64,000 nt of DNA from Minisyncoccia bacterium (lineage in GTDB: Bacteria; Patescibacteriota; Minisyncoccia; Phycocordibacterales; UBA5272), in the NCBI GenBank assembly GCA_039809325.1, contig JBDHUS010000001.1:391-64390 (forward strand), in the 5' to 3' direction. Positions 50,054-58,537 of the stretch are shown here, piece by piece (within the stretch, counting starts at the first letter, position 1; every line of letters begins with the position of its first letter). The translations under genes were made by a program, and so were the position numbers. The notes below the pieces were generated by a model that was not told where the DNA came from, made no database searches, and worked only from the letters and a program-made list of their open reading frames with translations.

Positions 50054-51217
50054 TTAATTTTTATTTATAAGATTCAAGACTATATTTTTATCTAGACAAA
50101 CATCTTGCGTATTTATAATATTAGTACTAGAAGCAATATCTCTAAAGCATACACTTTCTGAATTTAAAATATTAAGAATAGTAGTAGTGGAGAAAGGAAT
50201 AATATCTTGTGTATTGTCTGTATATTTTATCAAGAATCCTGTCGAAGTAGCGTCAACACTAAGTATTCCACGTCCATTTTTCCCAGCGGGTCCTCTTTGT
50301 GATATGTATTTTATTATTGTTTTTTCTTCTGCTTTTGAATTCTTGTATTTTTCTAATTCATTTTTCAAGTTATTTATTTCTTTTTTTAATTCTTCAATAT
50401 TTGTATTATTTACTAAGGCTCCATTATTTGTATCATTTTTTTCTAAAATATTTGAAGTATTTGAAGAAGAGCTGGTCGTAATCTTATTGTATTCTTCAAT
50501 ATTATTTTGAATAGTATTATTTGGAAATGTATTTACTTTAATAGAATTTTTATCATTTTCTACTATTAATCTATCCGTCTCTTTTATATTAAAAAAACTT
50601 TTATTCACATATTGATTAAACTCTGGTAAAAACATATAAGCTGAAAGAATACTTAATACGAAGAATAATAAAATATAAAACAAAATCTTTCCTGCCCTAT
50701 TGCTTCTTTTTTCTTTTATTTTTCCTGTACCTAAGGATTTTCCATATTCCTCGGATGTTGAAGAAAGAAAACTATTTTCTAGAGTATTATTATCTTTTTC
50801 TTTTTTAATATTTAGAGAATAAGGAGCGTTTAAGTTCTCTTTATTCTCGTTTATTATTTCAATATTTGTAGGAATTGTGTCTTTTGTATCATTTTCCATA
50901 GAAAAAACTTTATTTTCTTCTGTGTCTTCTATATTTCTTTTTAAATTAAAAGAATATGGATTATTTGAAGAGATTTCATTCTTTTCTTCTGTTTTACTCT
51001 CTTCTTCTTTTTTTTCAGTAATATCTAAAATGTCCCTTCTAAAAGATATTCCCTTAATATTATTTTTATTTCTAGTGCGAAATATTCTAAGTCCTTCCAT
51101 TATATCCTCTCTGTCCCAACCGCTAGCAGAAAGTAAAGTCTTTAAAGATTCTTCTGTAAGACTTTTATTAAGACTCATTATACGCTCCATTACATCTTCT
51201 ATATTCTGAATTGTCAT
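50054..51217 (-). CDS. Hypothetical membrane protein
   Basis: One central TM, coiled coil, short collagen-like GPAGKNGRG. Confidence 0.75.
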   Translation of the reverse strand: MTIQNIEDVMERIMSLNKSLTEESLKTLLSASGWDREDIMEGLRIFRTRNKNNIKGISFRRDILDITEKKEEESKTEEKNEISSNNPYSFNLKRNIEDTEENKVFSMENDTKDTIPTNIEIINENKENLNAPYSLNIKKEKDNNTLENSFLSSTSEEYGKSLGTGKIKEKRSNRAGKILFYILLFFVLSILSAYMFLPEFNQYVNKSFFNIKETDRLIVENDKNSIKVNTFPNNTIQNNIEEYNKITTSSSSNTSNILEKNDTNNGALVNNTNIEELKKEINNLKNELEKYKNSKAEEKTIIKYISQRGPAGKNGRGILSVDATSTGFLIKYTDNTQDIIPFSTTTILNILNSESVCFRDIASSTNIINTQDVCLDKNIVLNLINKN

Positions 51218-51328
51218 AATGTATTATCTATTATTTATATTTCTATTATATCTCATATACATAGATAATATTTGATTTTTTATCTCTTATGTGGATAATT
51301 GATATATTTTAATGCTATTATATATAAT

Positions 51329-52084
51329 ATGTTTAAAAAATATTTTTACTTAGTCCGTCATGGTGAGACTATTTTAAATAGTCAAAAAAGAAGACAAGAC
51401 GATAAAGGTAGACTTTCTGAAAGAGGTATGAAAGAAGTTGAAGATTTAGGTAACAGACTTCTTAATATGCATATAGAGAAAATGTTTGTTTCTCCGTATG
51501 AAAGAACAATGGAAACAGCGAAAATAATCAATAAATATTTAAAATTAAAAGAAAACAGGATTATAATCACAGATCTTATAGCTGAAAGAAAAAATCCGTC
51601 TAATATTATTGGTTTACATTATGATGATCCGATTGCCAAATCTTTTATAGATAGAATGGATAAAAGTATTCATGATCCAAATTTAAGAATTGCAGACGAA
51701 GAAAATTTTCAAGATTTGAAAGAAAGAGCAATAAAAGCTCAAAAATTTTTAATAAATAATAGTAAGAAATATAATTTGTGTGTTACTCATGGAATATTTC
51801 TTAAAATGTTTTTATCAACTCTTTTGTATGGTAAAGATTTGAGAGTAAAAGATTATATACAAATGAATTTATATAATCCTTCGGATAATGCTGGGGTAAC
51901 TTTTATTAAATATTCCCCTCTTAAAAATTTCTTTATGCCACTACGAAAATTTTTCGACTCAATCTTTGGTGATGAAGTAGATGGCGATGATGATGGAAAT
52001 CCTAAACCTGACAAATATTCACCTTGGGAAATTCTCGCCTATAATGATTATACAAGGGACGGATTTAAAAGACTTCGTATTTAA
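51329..52084 (+). CDS. Histidine phosphatase family protein
   Basis: YLVRHGET, SPYERT.ETA, VTHG; likely start ATG 51329. Confidence 0.9.
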   Translation: MFKKYFYLVRHGETILNSQKRRQDDKGRLSERGMKEVEDLGNRLLNMHIEKMFVSPYERTMETAKIINKYLKLKENRIIITDLIAERKNPSNIIGLHYDDPIAKSFIDRMDKSIHDPNLRIADEENFQDLKERAIKAQKFLINNSKKYNLCVTHGIFLKMFLSTLLYGKDLRVKDYIQMNLYNPSDNAGVTFIKYSPLKNFFMPLRKFFDSIFGDEVDGDDDGNPKPDKYSPWEILAYNDYTRDGFKRLRI

Positions 52085-52224
52085 CTTGCATTTTTAGGAG
52101 TTTATGTTTATATCTAAATATATAGAATGTTCATATTATATTTTTTAACATCATTCTTAACTAAAAAAATTAAACTCAAAAAAGCCAGACCAAAGTCTGG
52201 TTTTTATATTTCCAAAAAATAAAG

Positions 52225-52247
52225 GGGCGGCGCCTTCGGCGCCGCCC
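52225..52247. repeat. REP-like 23-bp hairpin, copy 5 (terminator after tRNA-His)
   Basis: GGGCGGCGCC-TTC-GGCGCCGCCC with A/T arms. Confidence 0.8.
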
Positions 52248-52270
52248 CTTTATTTTTTTATTTTCTACCT

Positions 52271-52346
52271 TGGTGTGCCTATCCGGATTCGAACCGGAAC
52301 TGAGGGCTCCACAAACCCTAGTGCTAACCATTACACCATAGGCACC
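52271..52346 (-). tRNA. tRNA-His(GUG)
   Basis: G-GTGCCTA...anticodon arm AGGGT-TTGTGGA-GCCCT, T-arm TCCGG-TTCGAAT-CCGGA, TAGGCAC-A-CCA. Confidence 0.95.
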
Positions 52347-52442
52347 ATACTCTAACTTTTTGTTAGACTACTATTCTAACAAAAAAATACGAAAAAATCC
52401 ACCTGTCAAATCAAACTTCTAAATATTTCTCAAATCAAATTT

Positions 52443-52983
52443 TTAACTTACTCCATTATCTATTTCCCCTTCATAAATTATATAATCTACTTTTTCAAAA
52501 ATGTCTTTATCTAGATTTTCGAGATTTGTCATATAACTTTCCCCTGACTTGTTTACTGAAGTTGTTACAAATGGAGCATTTGATTCTTTTATAAATTCAG
52601 TAAACCACACATCCGGAATTCTCACCCCTACACTTTGATTATTATCTTGTGGATTGATAGCTGTAGCTATAGAATTTTTATTTTTTAAACTTAAGAAAAA
52701 TGTATATGGTCCAGGAAGTAGTTTTAATTTTTCTTCTGCTTCGCGATTTACTACACAATTTTCAAAAACAAAATTAATATCGGGAACAATAATTGAAAAA
52801 GGTTTTTCGTCTCTTTCTTTTATTTCTCGAATCCTCGAAACCGATTCTTCAATCAAAGCATTTGTACCGATTCCATAAATAGTATCAGTTGGATAAATAA
52901 AAATCTTACCTGCTTTTATAGCTTCAATAATTTTTTCTTTATTTATTTGAAAAACAGTATTCTTTGTCTATTATTTTATCCAT
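52443..52983 (-). pseudogene. tsaC: Sua5/TsaC threonylcarbamoyl-AMP synthase, frameshifted near its 5' end
   Basis: YPTDTIYGIG, IKER..KPFSI, PGPYT, VGVRIP, TTSVNKSG lie in a frame +1 relative to ATG 52983; early TAA at 52443 followed in frame by KFDLRNI. Confidence 0.7.
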
Positions 52984-53328
52984 AAATAATTATTCATGAG
53001 TTTCGTTATTTTACTGTGCCCCATCTCGGTCTATAACTTTTTTATATAAAGAAGTAAAAGAGTTCTCAAAGAGAGATAAGAAACAAATTAAGTGACACTT
53101 CGGTCTATCCCTAATATTGTTGATAGTATCATAACATATTTTTGTTGATATGTATACCTAACCCATAAAACAAATTTATAAAGGTTATTAGGATTTTATT
53201 TTTATAATGACTCACCTAGGTCTATAACTAGACAAATGCCAACAAATGCCAATTTTTTGAAATAATAAAATAAGGTGTAGATTATTCTTAGATACCTAGT
53301 CAGTATCATAAATATAATAGATAAATAT

Positions 53329-53994
53329 ATGGAAAATAGAAAAGAAACAGTAGAAAAAGTAAAAGAACTTTATAGAGAAAATGATGAGGAGATTACAGAT
53401 GAAAAAGCTGAGGAAGCAACTAATAATTTAGTTGGTCTTGTTAATCTTTTGTTTGAAATGAGTATGACAGAATCAAGAAGAAAAAAGAGATTAAAATCTG
53501 AACCAGACGGATTTCCAGTAGACGGTATGTATACATGTTTAGTTTGTAAAAATGGAATAAATGAAAATACTGGTTGGTATAGTTGCTATGGAAACACTTG
53601 TTTTAATTGTCTTAAAGCTTTAAAAGAAAAACTCATACCAAAATATATTCTAGATGATAGTAATAGTTACTTTACTATGTATGATCTAAATTCAACTTTT
53701 AATATAAAAACTCAACTTGCTAAAAAATATATAAAAGAAGAAAAGCTGATTCCAAGAATTATTTTAGATAATGAGGGCAAATCTTATTATTATATTTTTC
53801 TTAAAAAAGAAAATCCTGCTTTAATAAAAAGATATTCTCCTACTAGAAAATCTTACGATAGACATCGTAATAAAAAATTAAAAAAATGGTCTAGAGAGAC
53901 AGAGAAAAAATTAATTGATGACTTAAGAAAAAATAGAGAAAAACAAAGAAAGCAAATAGTTAGAGATAGATATGGAAGAGAAGTTGTTTTATAA
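53329..53994 (+). CDS. Hypothetical island protein with two CxxC pairs
   Basis: CLVC...CFNC zinc-finger-like motif, basic C-terminus. Confidence 0.75.
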   Translation: MENRKETVEKVKELYRENDEEITDEKAEEATNNLVGLVNLLFEMSMTESRRKKRLKSEPDGFPVDGMYTCLVCKNGINENTGWYSCYGNTCFNCLKALKEKLIPKYILDDSNSYFTMYDLNSTFNIKTQLAKKYIKEEKLIPRIILDNEGKSYYYIFLKKENPALIKRYSPTRKSYDRHRNKKLKKWSRETEKKLIDDLRKNREKQRKQIVRDRYGREVVL

Positions 53995-54032
53995 AAATTA
54001 ATATTTTTATTTTATAGAGATATATTTTAATT

Positions 54033-54551
54033 TTACTTAAATTTCATAATTCTAGAATTTAAAAGTTTTATAGTAAGAACTTCTTTGCTTACATTATATT
54101 TTTTCGATAAGAAATCTAGATTAGAATTTTTATTATAATCCTCCTTAAGGAATTTTTTAGGAACTAATAATTCTCCAGCAAATAAATCGGCTTCTGATTC
54201 ATTTATTTTTGACTTAGGGTCGTCATAATCATTACAGGAGTATCCTAATAATAAATGTCCTATCTCATGAGCAATTGTAAATCTATTACGAACCCAAGGA
54301 TGATTTTCATTAAAACCTAAAGTATAAACTTCTTCATCATAGATATCTATTTCTTTTTTTAGAAAACCAGAAACTTCATCCTCTAGTTTATTAGACTTTA
54401 AGATTTTTAGATCATAATTATCTTTAAGATAATTTAAAATATTCCATAAGCTTATAGGAGTTTCAATAATCTTACAAGACTTTAATAAATTTGAAACTTC
54501 AGCTTCTATAAACTTCTTTCTAGGTTTGTCTTGAAAATTATCTTCTTCCAT
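54033..54551 (-). CDS. ImmA/IrrE-family metallo-endopeptidase
   Basis: RNRFTIAHEIGH, ESEADLFAGELLVP, Y.VS. Confidence 0.92.
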   Translation of the reverse strand: MEEDNFQDKPRKKFIEAEVSNLLKSCKIIETPISLWNILNYLKDNYDLKILKSNKLEDEVSGFLKKEIDIYDEEVYTLGFNENHPWVRNRFTIAHEIGHLLLGYSCNDYDDPKSKINESEADLFAGELLVPKKFLKEDYNKNSNLDFLSKKYNVSKEVLTIKLLNSRIMKFK

Positions 54552-54554
54552 AAA

Positions 54555-54887
54555 TTATTTATCTAGTTTCAAAATGTTTTGAATAACTTGTTTAGTCTTT
54601 GGCGATATAGATTTATCAGTTCTTAAAGCAACTTGAATGTCACCTGTATATTTAGAATCTTTACCTAAGAAAAAATAAATATCTTTATGTAAAACCTCAG
54701 CTATCTTTTCTAGATTCTCTGCGGTTATCTTTCTACTTCCCGATTCTATTAAAGATATCGCTGTAGAAGATTCGAAGTTTAAAGCTTTAGCAAGATCGGT
54801 CTGAGACACACCTTCTTCTTCTCTTGCTTTCTTTATTTGTCCACCAATAAACTCTGCTTTATTATTATTATTTTTCATATATTTCAT
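54555..54887 (-). CDS. XRE-family HTH repressor (ImmR-like)
   Basis: IKKAREEEGVSQTDLAKAL...ISLIESGSRK...L.KIA. Confidence 0.92.
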   Translation of the reverse strand: MKYMKNNNNKAEFIGGQIKKAREEEGVSQTDLAKALNFESSTAISLIESGSRKITAENLEKIAEVLHKDIYFFLGKDSKYTGDIQVALRTDKSISPKTKQVIQNILKLDK

Positions 54888-54960
54888 ATTGATATGATAG
54901 CATTTTCAAAATGATTTGACAATATATTTTCAATTTGCTATACTTAATATATCAAAATGA
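54884..54960 (+). promoter_or_regulatory. Promoter TTGACA-N17-TATACT overlapped by four TCA-N3-TGA operators
   Basis: -35 at 54916-21, -10 at 54939-44; operators start at 54884, 54906, 54930 (TCA-ATT-TGC) and 54952. Confidence 0.75.
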
Positions 54961-55042
54961 TAAATAGATTTTTATTACTTTATTATTTTGATAACCTTTA
55001 TAAAAACAAATTAATTTAAATTACAAATATATATATAAATAT

Positions 55043-55315
55043 ATGAATACATTAATAATTTCATATGATCTTAAAAAGCCAGGGAAAGATTATACGAAAG
55101 TGCACAATTATATACAAAGTTTTCCTGAATGGGCTAAACCTTTAGAATCTTTCTATATTATAAAAACTAACTTAACAGCACAGACGGTTATAAACCAACT
55201 TCTTCAACATGTTGATTACAATGACAAAGTAATTGTTATAGACGTCAGAAATAACTTTGCTACATGGAATAATCTTCCTTCAGAGATCTCTGAGTGGATT
55301 AAAATCAATTTTTAA
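55043..55315 (+). CDS. Small Cas2/VapD-like ferredoxin-fold protein
   Basis: LIISYDL...DY...I...W...LES...DKVIVIDV pattern; no CRISPR array nearby. Confidence 0.65.
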   Translation: MNTLIISYDLKKPGKDYTKVHNYIQSFPEWAKPLESFYIIKTNLTAQTVINQLLQHVDYNDKVIVIDVRNNFATWNNLPSEISEWIKINF

Positions 55316-55319
55316 TTAT

Positions 55320-55718
55320 ATGCAAACACAATTAAAAATCAGTCCTTATATCCCCAAAAAAGGAAATAAGACTATACGGATAACATTAACGAATATACAA
55401 TTACACTCATCTGTAAAAAGACAGACACCTTCTGTTGGAAAATCTATAGGTAAATCTATACAAAACAATGAAGAAGGAAGAATATATTTTTCTTCTCCTA
55501 AATTTGAAAAAACATCTGAGGAGAATAAAATGAAGATATCTATAGAAGATATAATTTCAAAAGATGAAAATTTAATGAAATTAGTTCAAAATTATCAATC
55601 TCAAGGTATACATGTTATAATAGAAATACCTAAAGAGATACCAATATTCTTAGGTAAAGACACGAAAGAATTTTTTGACAGTAAAAACGGAAAAAGAATC
55701 TTTCGTAAAATGAAATAA
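55320..55718 (+). CDS. Hypothetical protein
   Basis: Likely start ATG 55320, directly after the upstream stop. Confidence 0.65.
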   Translation: MQTQLKISPYIPKKGNKTIRITLTNIQLHSSVKRQTPSVGKSIGKSIQNNEEGRIYFSSPKFEKTSEENKMKISIEDIISKDENLMKLVQNYQSQGIHVIIEIPKEIPIFLGKDTKEFFDSKNGKRIFRKMK

Positions 55719-55778
55719 AACAATTGATTAGTTAATCAATGCGTAGTAAAAAGTAGAATAGAGTATCGCCTAAAAACC

Positions 55779-55848
55779 ATGCCTATTCCGCGCAAGAAAT
55801 AGCAGGATTCGGACCCCTATTATTTCGTGTGTGGAATAGGCATTTTTC
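55779..55848 (+). terminator. Long imperfect hairpin plus U-run upstream of the MTase operon
   Basis: ATGCCTATTCCGCGCA...TGTGTGGAATAGGCAT-TTTT; G-U pairs favour the + strand. Confidence 0.6.
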
Positions 55849-55892
55849 TATTTCATACATTTTATTAAAAAATAAATAAATTTAATAAAATT

Positions 55893-57206
55893 ATGCAAAA
55901 TAAAAATAAAGACCAAAAATTATCTTGGTCAATCACAACAAAAAATGTTTCTCAATTATTAGGCGCATCATACAACCCTCGTAAGATGTCAGAGAGTGAG
56001 AGAAGAGATCTAGAAGATTCTATTAAGAACTTTGGAACAGTAGTTCCTATAGTTCTAAATATTGGAAGTAGAGAGAATATATTAATTGGAGGTCATGCCA
56101 GAATTTCTATTTACGCCGATCTTGGTATAGAAGAAATTGAATGTATGATCCCCTCTCGTGAGTTAGATGAAAATGAAGAAAAAGAACTCAACCTGAGACT
56201 TAATAAAAATACAGGATCTTGGGATGAAGAACTTTTGAAAGCATTTGATCTCAATATGCTTCTAGAAGTAGGTTTTGGAGATGAAGAATTACAAAATATA
56301 TTTGATGATATAGATTTAGCAGAAGATGACTTTGATTTAGAGAAAGCTATTAAAGCTACCCATATTGATAAAGTAAAAGATGGGGAAATTTATGAGCTCG
56401 GAGAAAATAGATTACTCGTAGGAGATAGTACAGATGAAGTTAAAGTTAAAGAATTAATGCAAGAAGATAAAGCAGATATAGTTTGGATGGATCCAAACTA
56501 TGGTATAGGTTTAGATTACAATAAAGGTTTAGGTGGAAAATCTAACTATGGTGGAACTCTATCTAGTAAAGATGATTCCAAACCAGAAACAGAATACTCT
56601 CAATTTATTAATAAGAGTATGGAAGTTGCTAAAAAGTTTGTTAAAGATAACAGTCACTGGTTCTATTGGTCAGATCCAAATAGTATAGGATTAATCCAAA
56701 GTTTGTATGATAAGAATAAGATAGAAAAAAGAAGAGTCTGCCTTTGGATAAAATCTAACCAGAACTGTACTCCGAAAATTGCATGGAACAGACTCTATGA
56801 ACCGTGTATATATAGCACTATTGGGAAACCCTACCTAAATAATAATTTCAGAAATGCTAATGAGATATTTAATCAAGAAGTAAGTACTGGTAATCAAGTC
56901 TTAGACGAAGCAGGAGAAATGATAGATCTCTGGCTAGTTAAACGTGATAATGTGCAGAGATATTTACATCCGACCCAGAAGCCTGTAACTCTAAACGAAA
57001 AACCCCTCAAAAGATGCTCTGCACCCGGACATATAGTCTTCTCTGGTTTTGCAGGTAGTGGTAGTGATTTAATTGCTTGCGAAACTTTGCAAAGAAAATG
57101 GCGTGGAGTAGAAAAAGATCCTATCTTTGCAACTATCATTATTGATCGATGGGAAAAGTTCACAGGTAAGACAGCAAAATTATTAACTAATAATAAATCT
57201 AACTAA
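55893..57206 (+). CDS. ParB-like N-terminal domain fused to an N6/N4 DNA methyltransferase (phage type)
   Basis: YNPRKM...L..SI..FG..PI...GGHAR; GDST, DPNY, HPTQKP, GFAGSGS. Confidence 0.88.
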   Translation: MQNKNKDQKLSWSITTKNVSQLLGASYNPRKMSESERRDLEDSIKNFGTVVPIVLNIGSRENILIGGHARISIYADLGIEEIECMIPSRELDENEEKELNLRLNKNTGSWDEELLKAFDLNMLLEVGFGDEELQNIFDDIDLAEDDFDLEKAIKATHIDKVKDGEIYELGENRLLVGDSTDEVKVKELMQEDKADIVWMDPNYGIGLDYNKGLGGKSNYGGTLSSKDDSKPETEYSQFINKSMEVAKKFVKDNSHWFYWSDPNSIGLIQSLYDKNKIEKRRVCLWIKSNQNCTPKIAWNRLYEPCIYSTIGKPYLNNNFRNANEIFNQEVSTGNQVLDEAGEMIDLWLVKRDNVQRYLHPTQKPVTLNEKPLKRCSAPGHIVFSGFAGSGSDLIACETLQRKWRGVEKDPIFATIIIDRWEKFTGKTAKLLTNNKSN

Positions 57207-57210
57207 ATAT

Positions 57211-57960
57211 ATGATAGACATTAAAGTAAAAACTGGTGAGATATATAAAGTGGGAGAAAATATTATTGCTTGTGGTGATTCTCTTGATAAAGAATTTGTA
57301 GAGAAAGTTATTGGAGAGCACAAGATTAAGTGTGTACTTTGCGATCCTCCCTACGCCGTAGCTTATGGTAAAAATATAATGAATAATATTTCTAAAGATA
57401 AAGAAATATTAAATGATCATCTTCAATCTGAGGATGAATACAAAGAATTTACTAAAGGTTGGTTATCTTTAGTTCTTCCTCATCTTACCGAATACAATGC
57501 CTGCTATATATTTAATTCTGATGCAATGTATTCAGCTTTAAGATTAGCTATTAAAGAAGTAGGTCTTTATTATTCTCAAATGCTAATTTGGGTTAAAGGA
57601 CAACCGGTTATGGGTAGAAAAGATTATCTTCCTCAGTTTGAATTGATAGCTTATTCATGGTTTGGAAAACATAAGATGGAAAGGAGTAAAGCTAAAAGTG
57701 TACTCTTTTATCCTAAACCTCAATCATCTAAACTTCATCCAACAATGAAGCCTATTGGATTATTAAGAAAGATTATTCCAAACTCTACAAGATATGGAGA
57801 ATATATCTATGACCCATTCTTAGGTAGTGGATCTACTCTTATAGCCTCTACAGAACTTGGTCGAAAGTGTATTGGAATTGAGATAGAACCTGAATATGTA
57901 GAAGTCTCATTGCAGAGAATAGAGAAACTAACAGGTCTTACTAGAGTAAAGATTAATTAA
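57211..57960 (+). CDS. N6/N4 DNA methyltransferase (beta class)
   Basis: CGDS, DPPY, HPTMKP, YDPFLGSGST, GIEIEPEY. Confidence 0.92.
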   Translation: MIDIKVKTGEIYKVGENIIACGDSLDKEFVEKVIGEHKIKCVLCDPPYAVAYGKNIMNNISKDKEILNDHLQSEDEYKEFTKGWLSLVLPHLTEYNACYIFNSDAMYSALRLAIKEVGLYYSQMLIWVKGQPVMGRKDYLPQFELIAYSWFGKHKMERSKAKSVLFYPKPQSSKLHPTMKPIGLLRKIIPNSTRYGEYIYDPFLGSGSTLIASTELGRKCIGIEIEPEYVEVSLQRIEKLTGLTRVKIN

Positions 57961-57967
57961 TAAATTT

Positions 57968-58333
57968 ATGAAGGAAGCACCTTATAAATCTCAAGATTTT
58001 GAAAGCTATGTTCTTTGGAAGAGTCTTCCTTCTATTTTGCGTGGACAGCCAAGAGCTATTCTAGAAAAACAAGGAATTGATGATGAACTAGCATTAGAGT
58101 TATTACAAGTAAAAACTCAAAAAGAGTTTGCTATTAAATTTGGAATTAAAGATGCAGGAACTCTTACTGATTGGAATAAAAGAATAGAAAAGGAAGGACT
58201 GCTGAAAGAGATTAATAGTTGGGCAAGAAAACTTACTCCAAATGTTGTTCATTCACTCTATAAAAATATTATTAAAAACGGTAAAGCTCAAGAAGTCAGA
58301 GCTTGGTATGAATTAATTGAAAACAATAATTAA
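57968..58333 (+). CDS. Hypothetical HTH protein (terminase-small-subunit-like)
   Basis: TQKEFAIKFGI...TLTDW HTH-like segment; position after phage-type MTases. Confidence 0.55.
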   Translation: MKEAPYKSQDFESYVLWKSLPSILRGQPRAILEKQGIDDELALELLQVKTQKEFAIKFGIKDAGTLTDWNKRIEKEGLLKEINSWARKLTPNVVHSLYKNIIKNGKAQEVRAWYELIENNN

Positions 58334-58532
58334 AATTATTACAAATATTAATTTAAAAGAAATAAATGAAATACTTTCAAAAACTTTAATAGATGTGGTT
58401 GAAAGAAAAGTATCTTTAAAGCAAGCCGATATGATAGCTAAACTAGCTACTGCCCTATCGAAAAATATATCAAATACAGAACTCGAGGATAGGATTCAAT
58501 TATTAGAAAGAGTATTAAAAGAAAGAATATAA
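58317..58532 (+). CDS. Small hypothetical protein
   Basis: 71 aa, ends in ELEDRIQLLE coiled coil; overlaps the upstream stop. Confidence 0.55.
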   Translation: MKTIIKIITNINLKEINEILSKTLIDVVERKVSLKQADMIAKLATALSKNISNTELEDRIQLLERVLKERI

Positions 58533-58537
58533 AATAT

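Noticed and set aside
52086-52222. 31-aa ORF or empty cassette between the phosphatase gene and tRNA-His
   Set aside because: The promoter match is weak and the ORF runs through a terminator hairpin (GCCAGAC/GTCTGGT); not enough support.
52271-52346. tRNA-His as the integration site of the right-hand island
   Set aside because: Its 3' end points left, away from the island, and no exact duplicate of the 3' end was seen.
55043-55315. CRISPR-Cas locus
   Set aside because: Only a Cas2-like fold; no cas1, no effector gene and no repeat-spacer array seen anywhere in the window.
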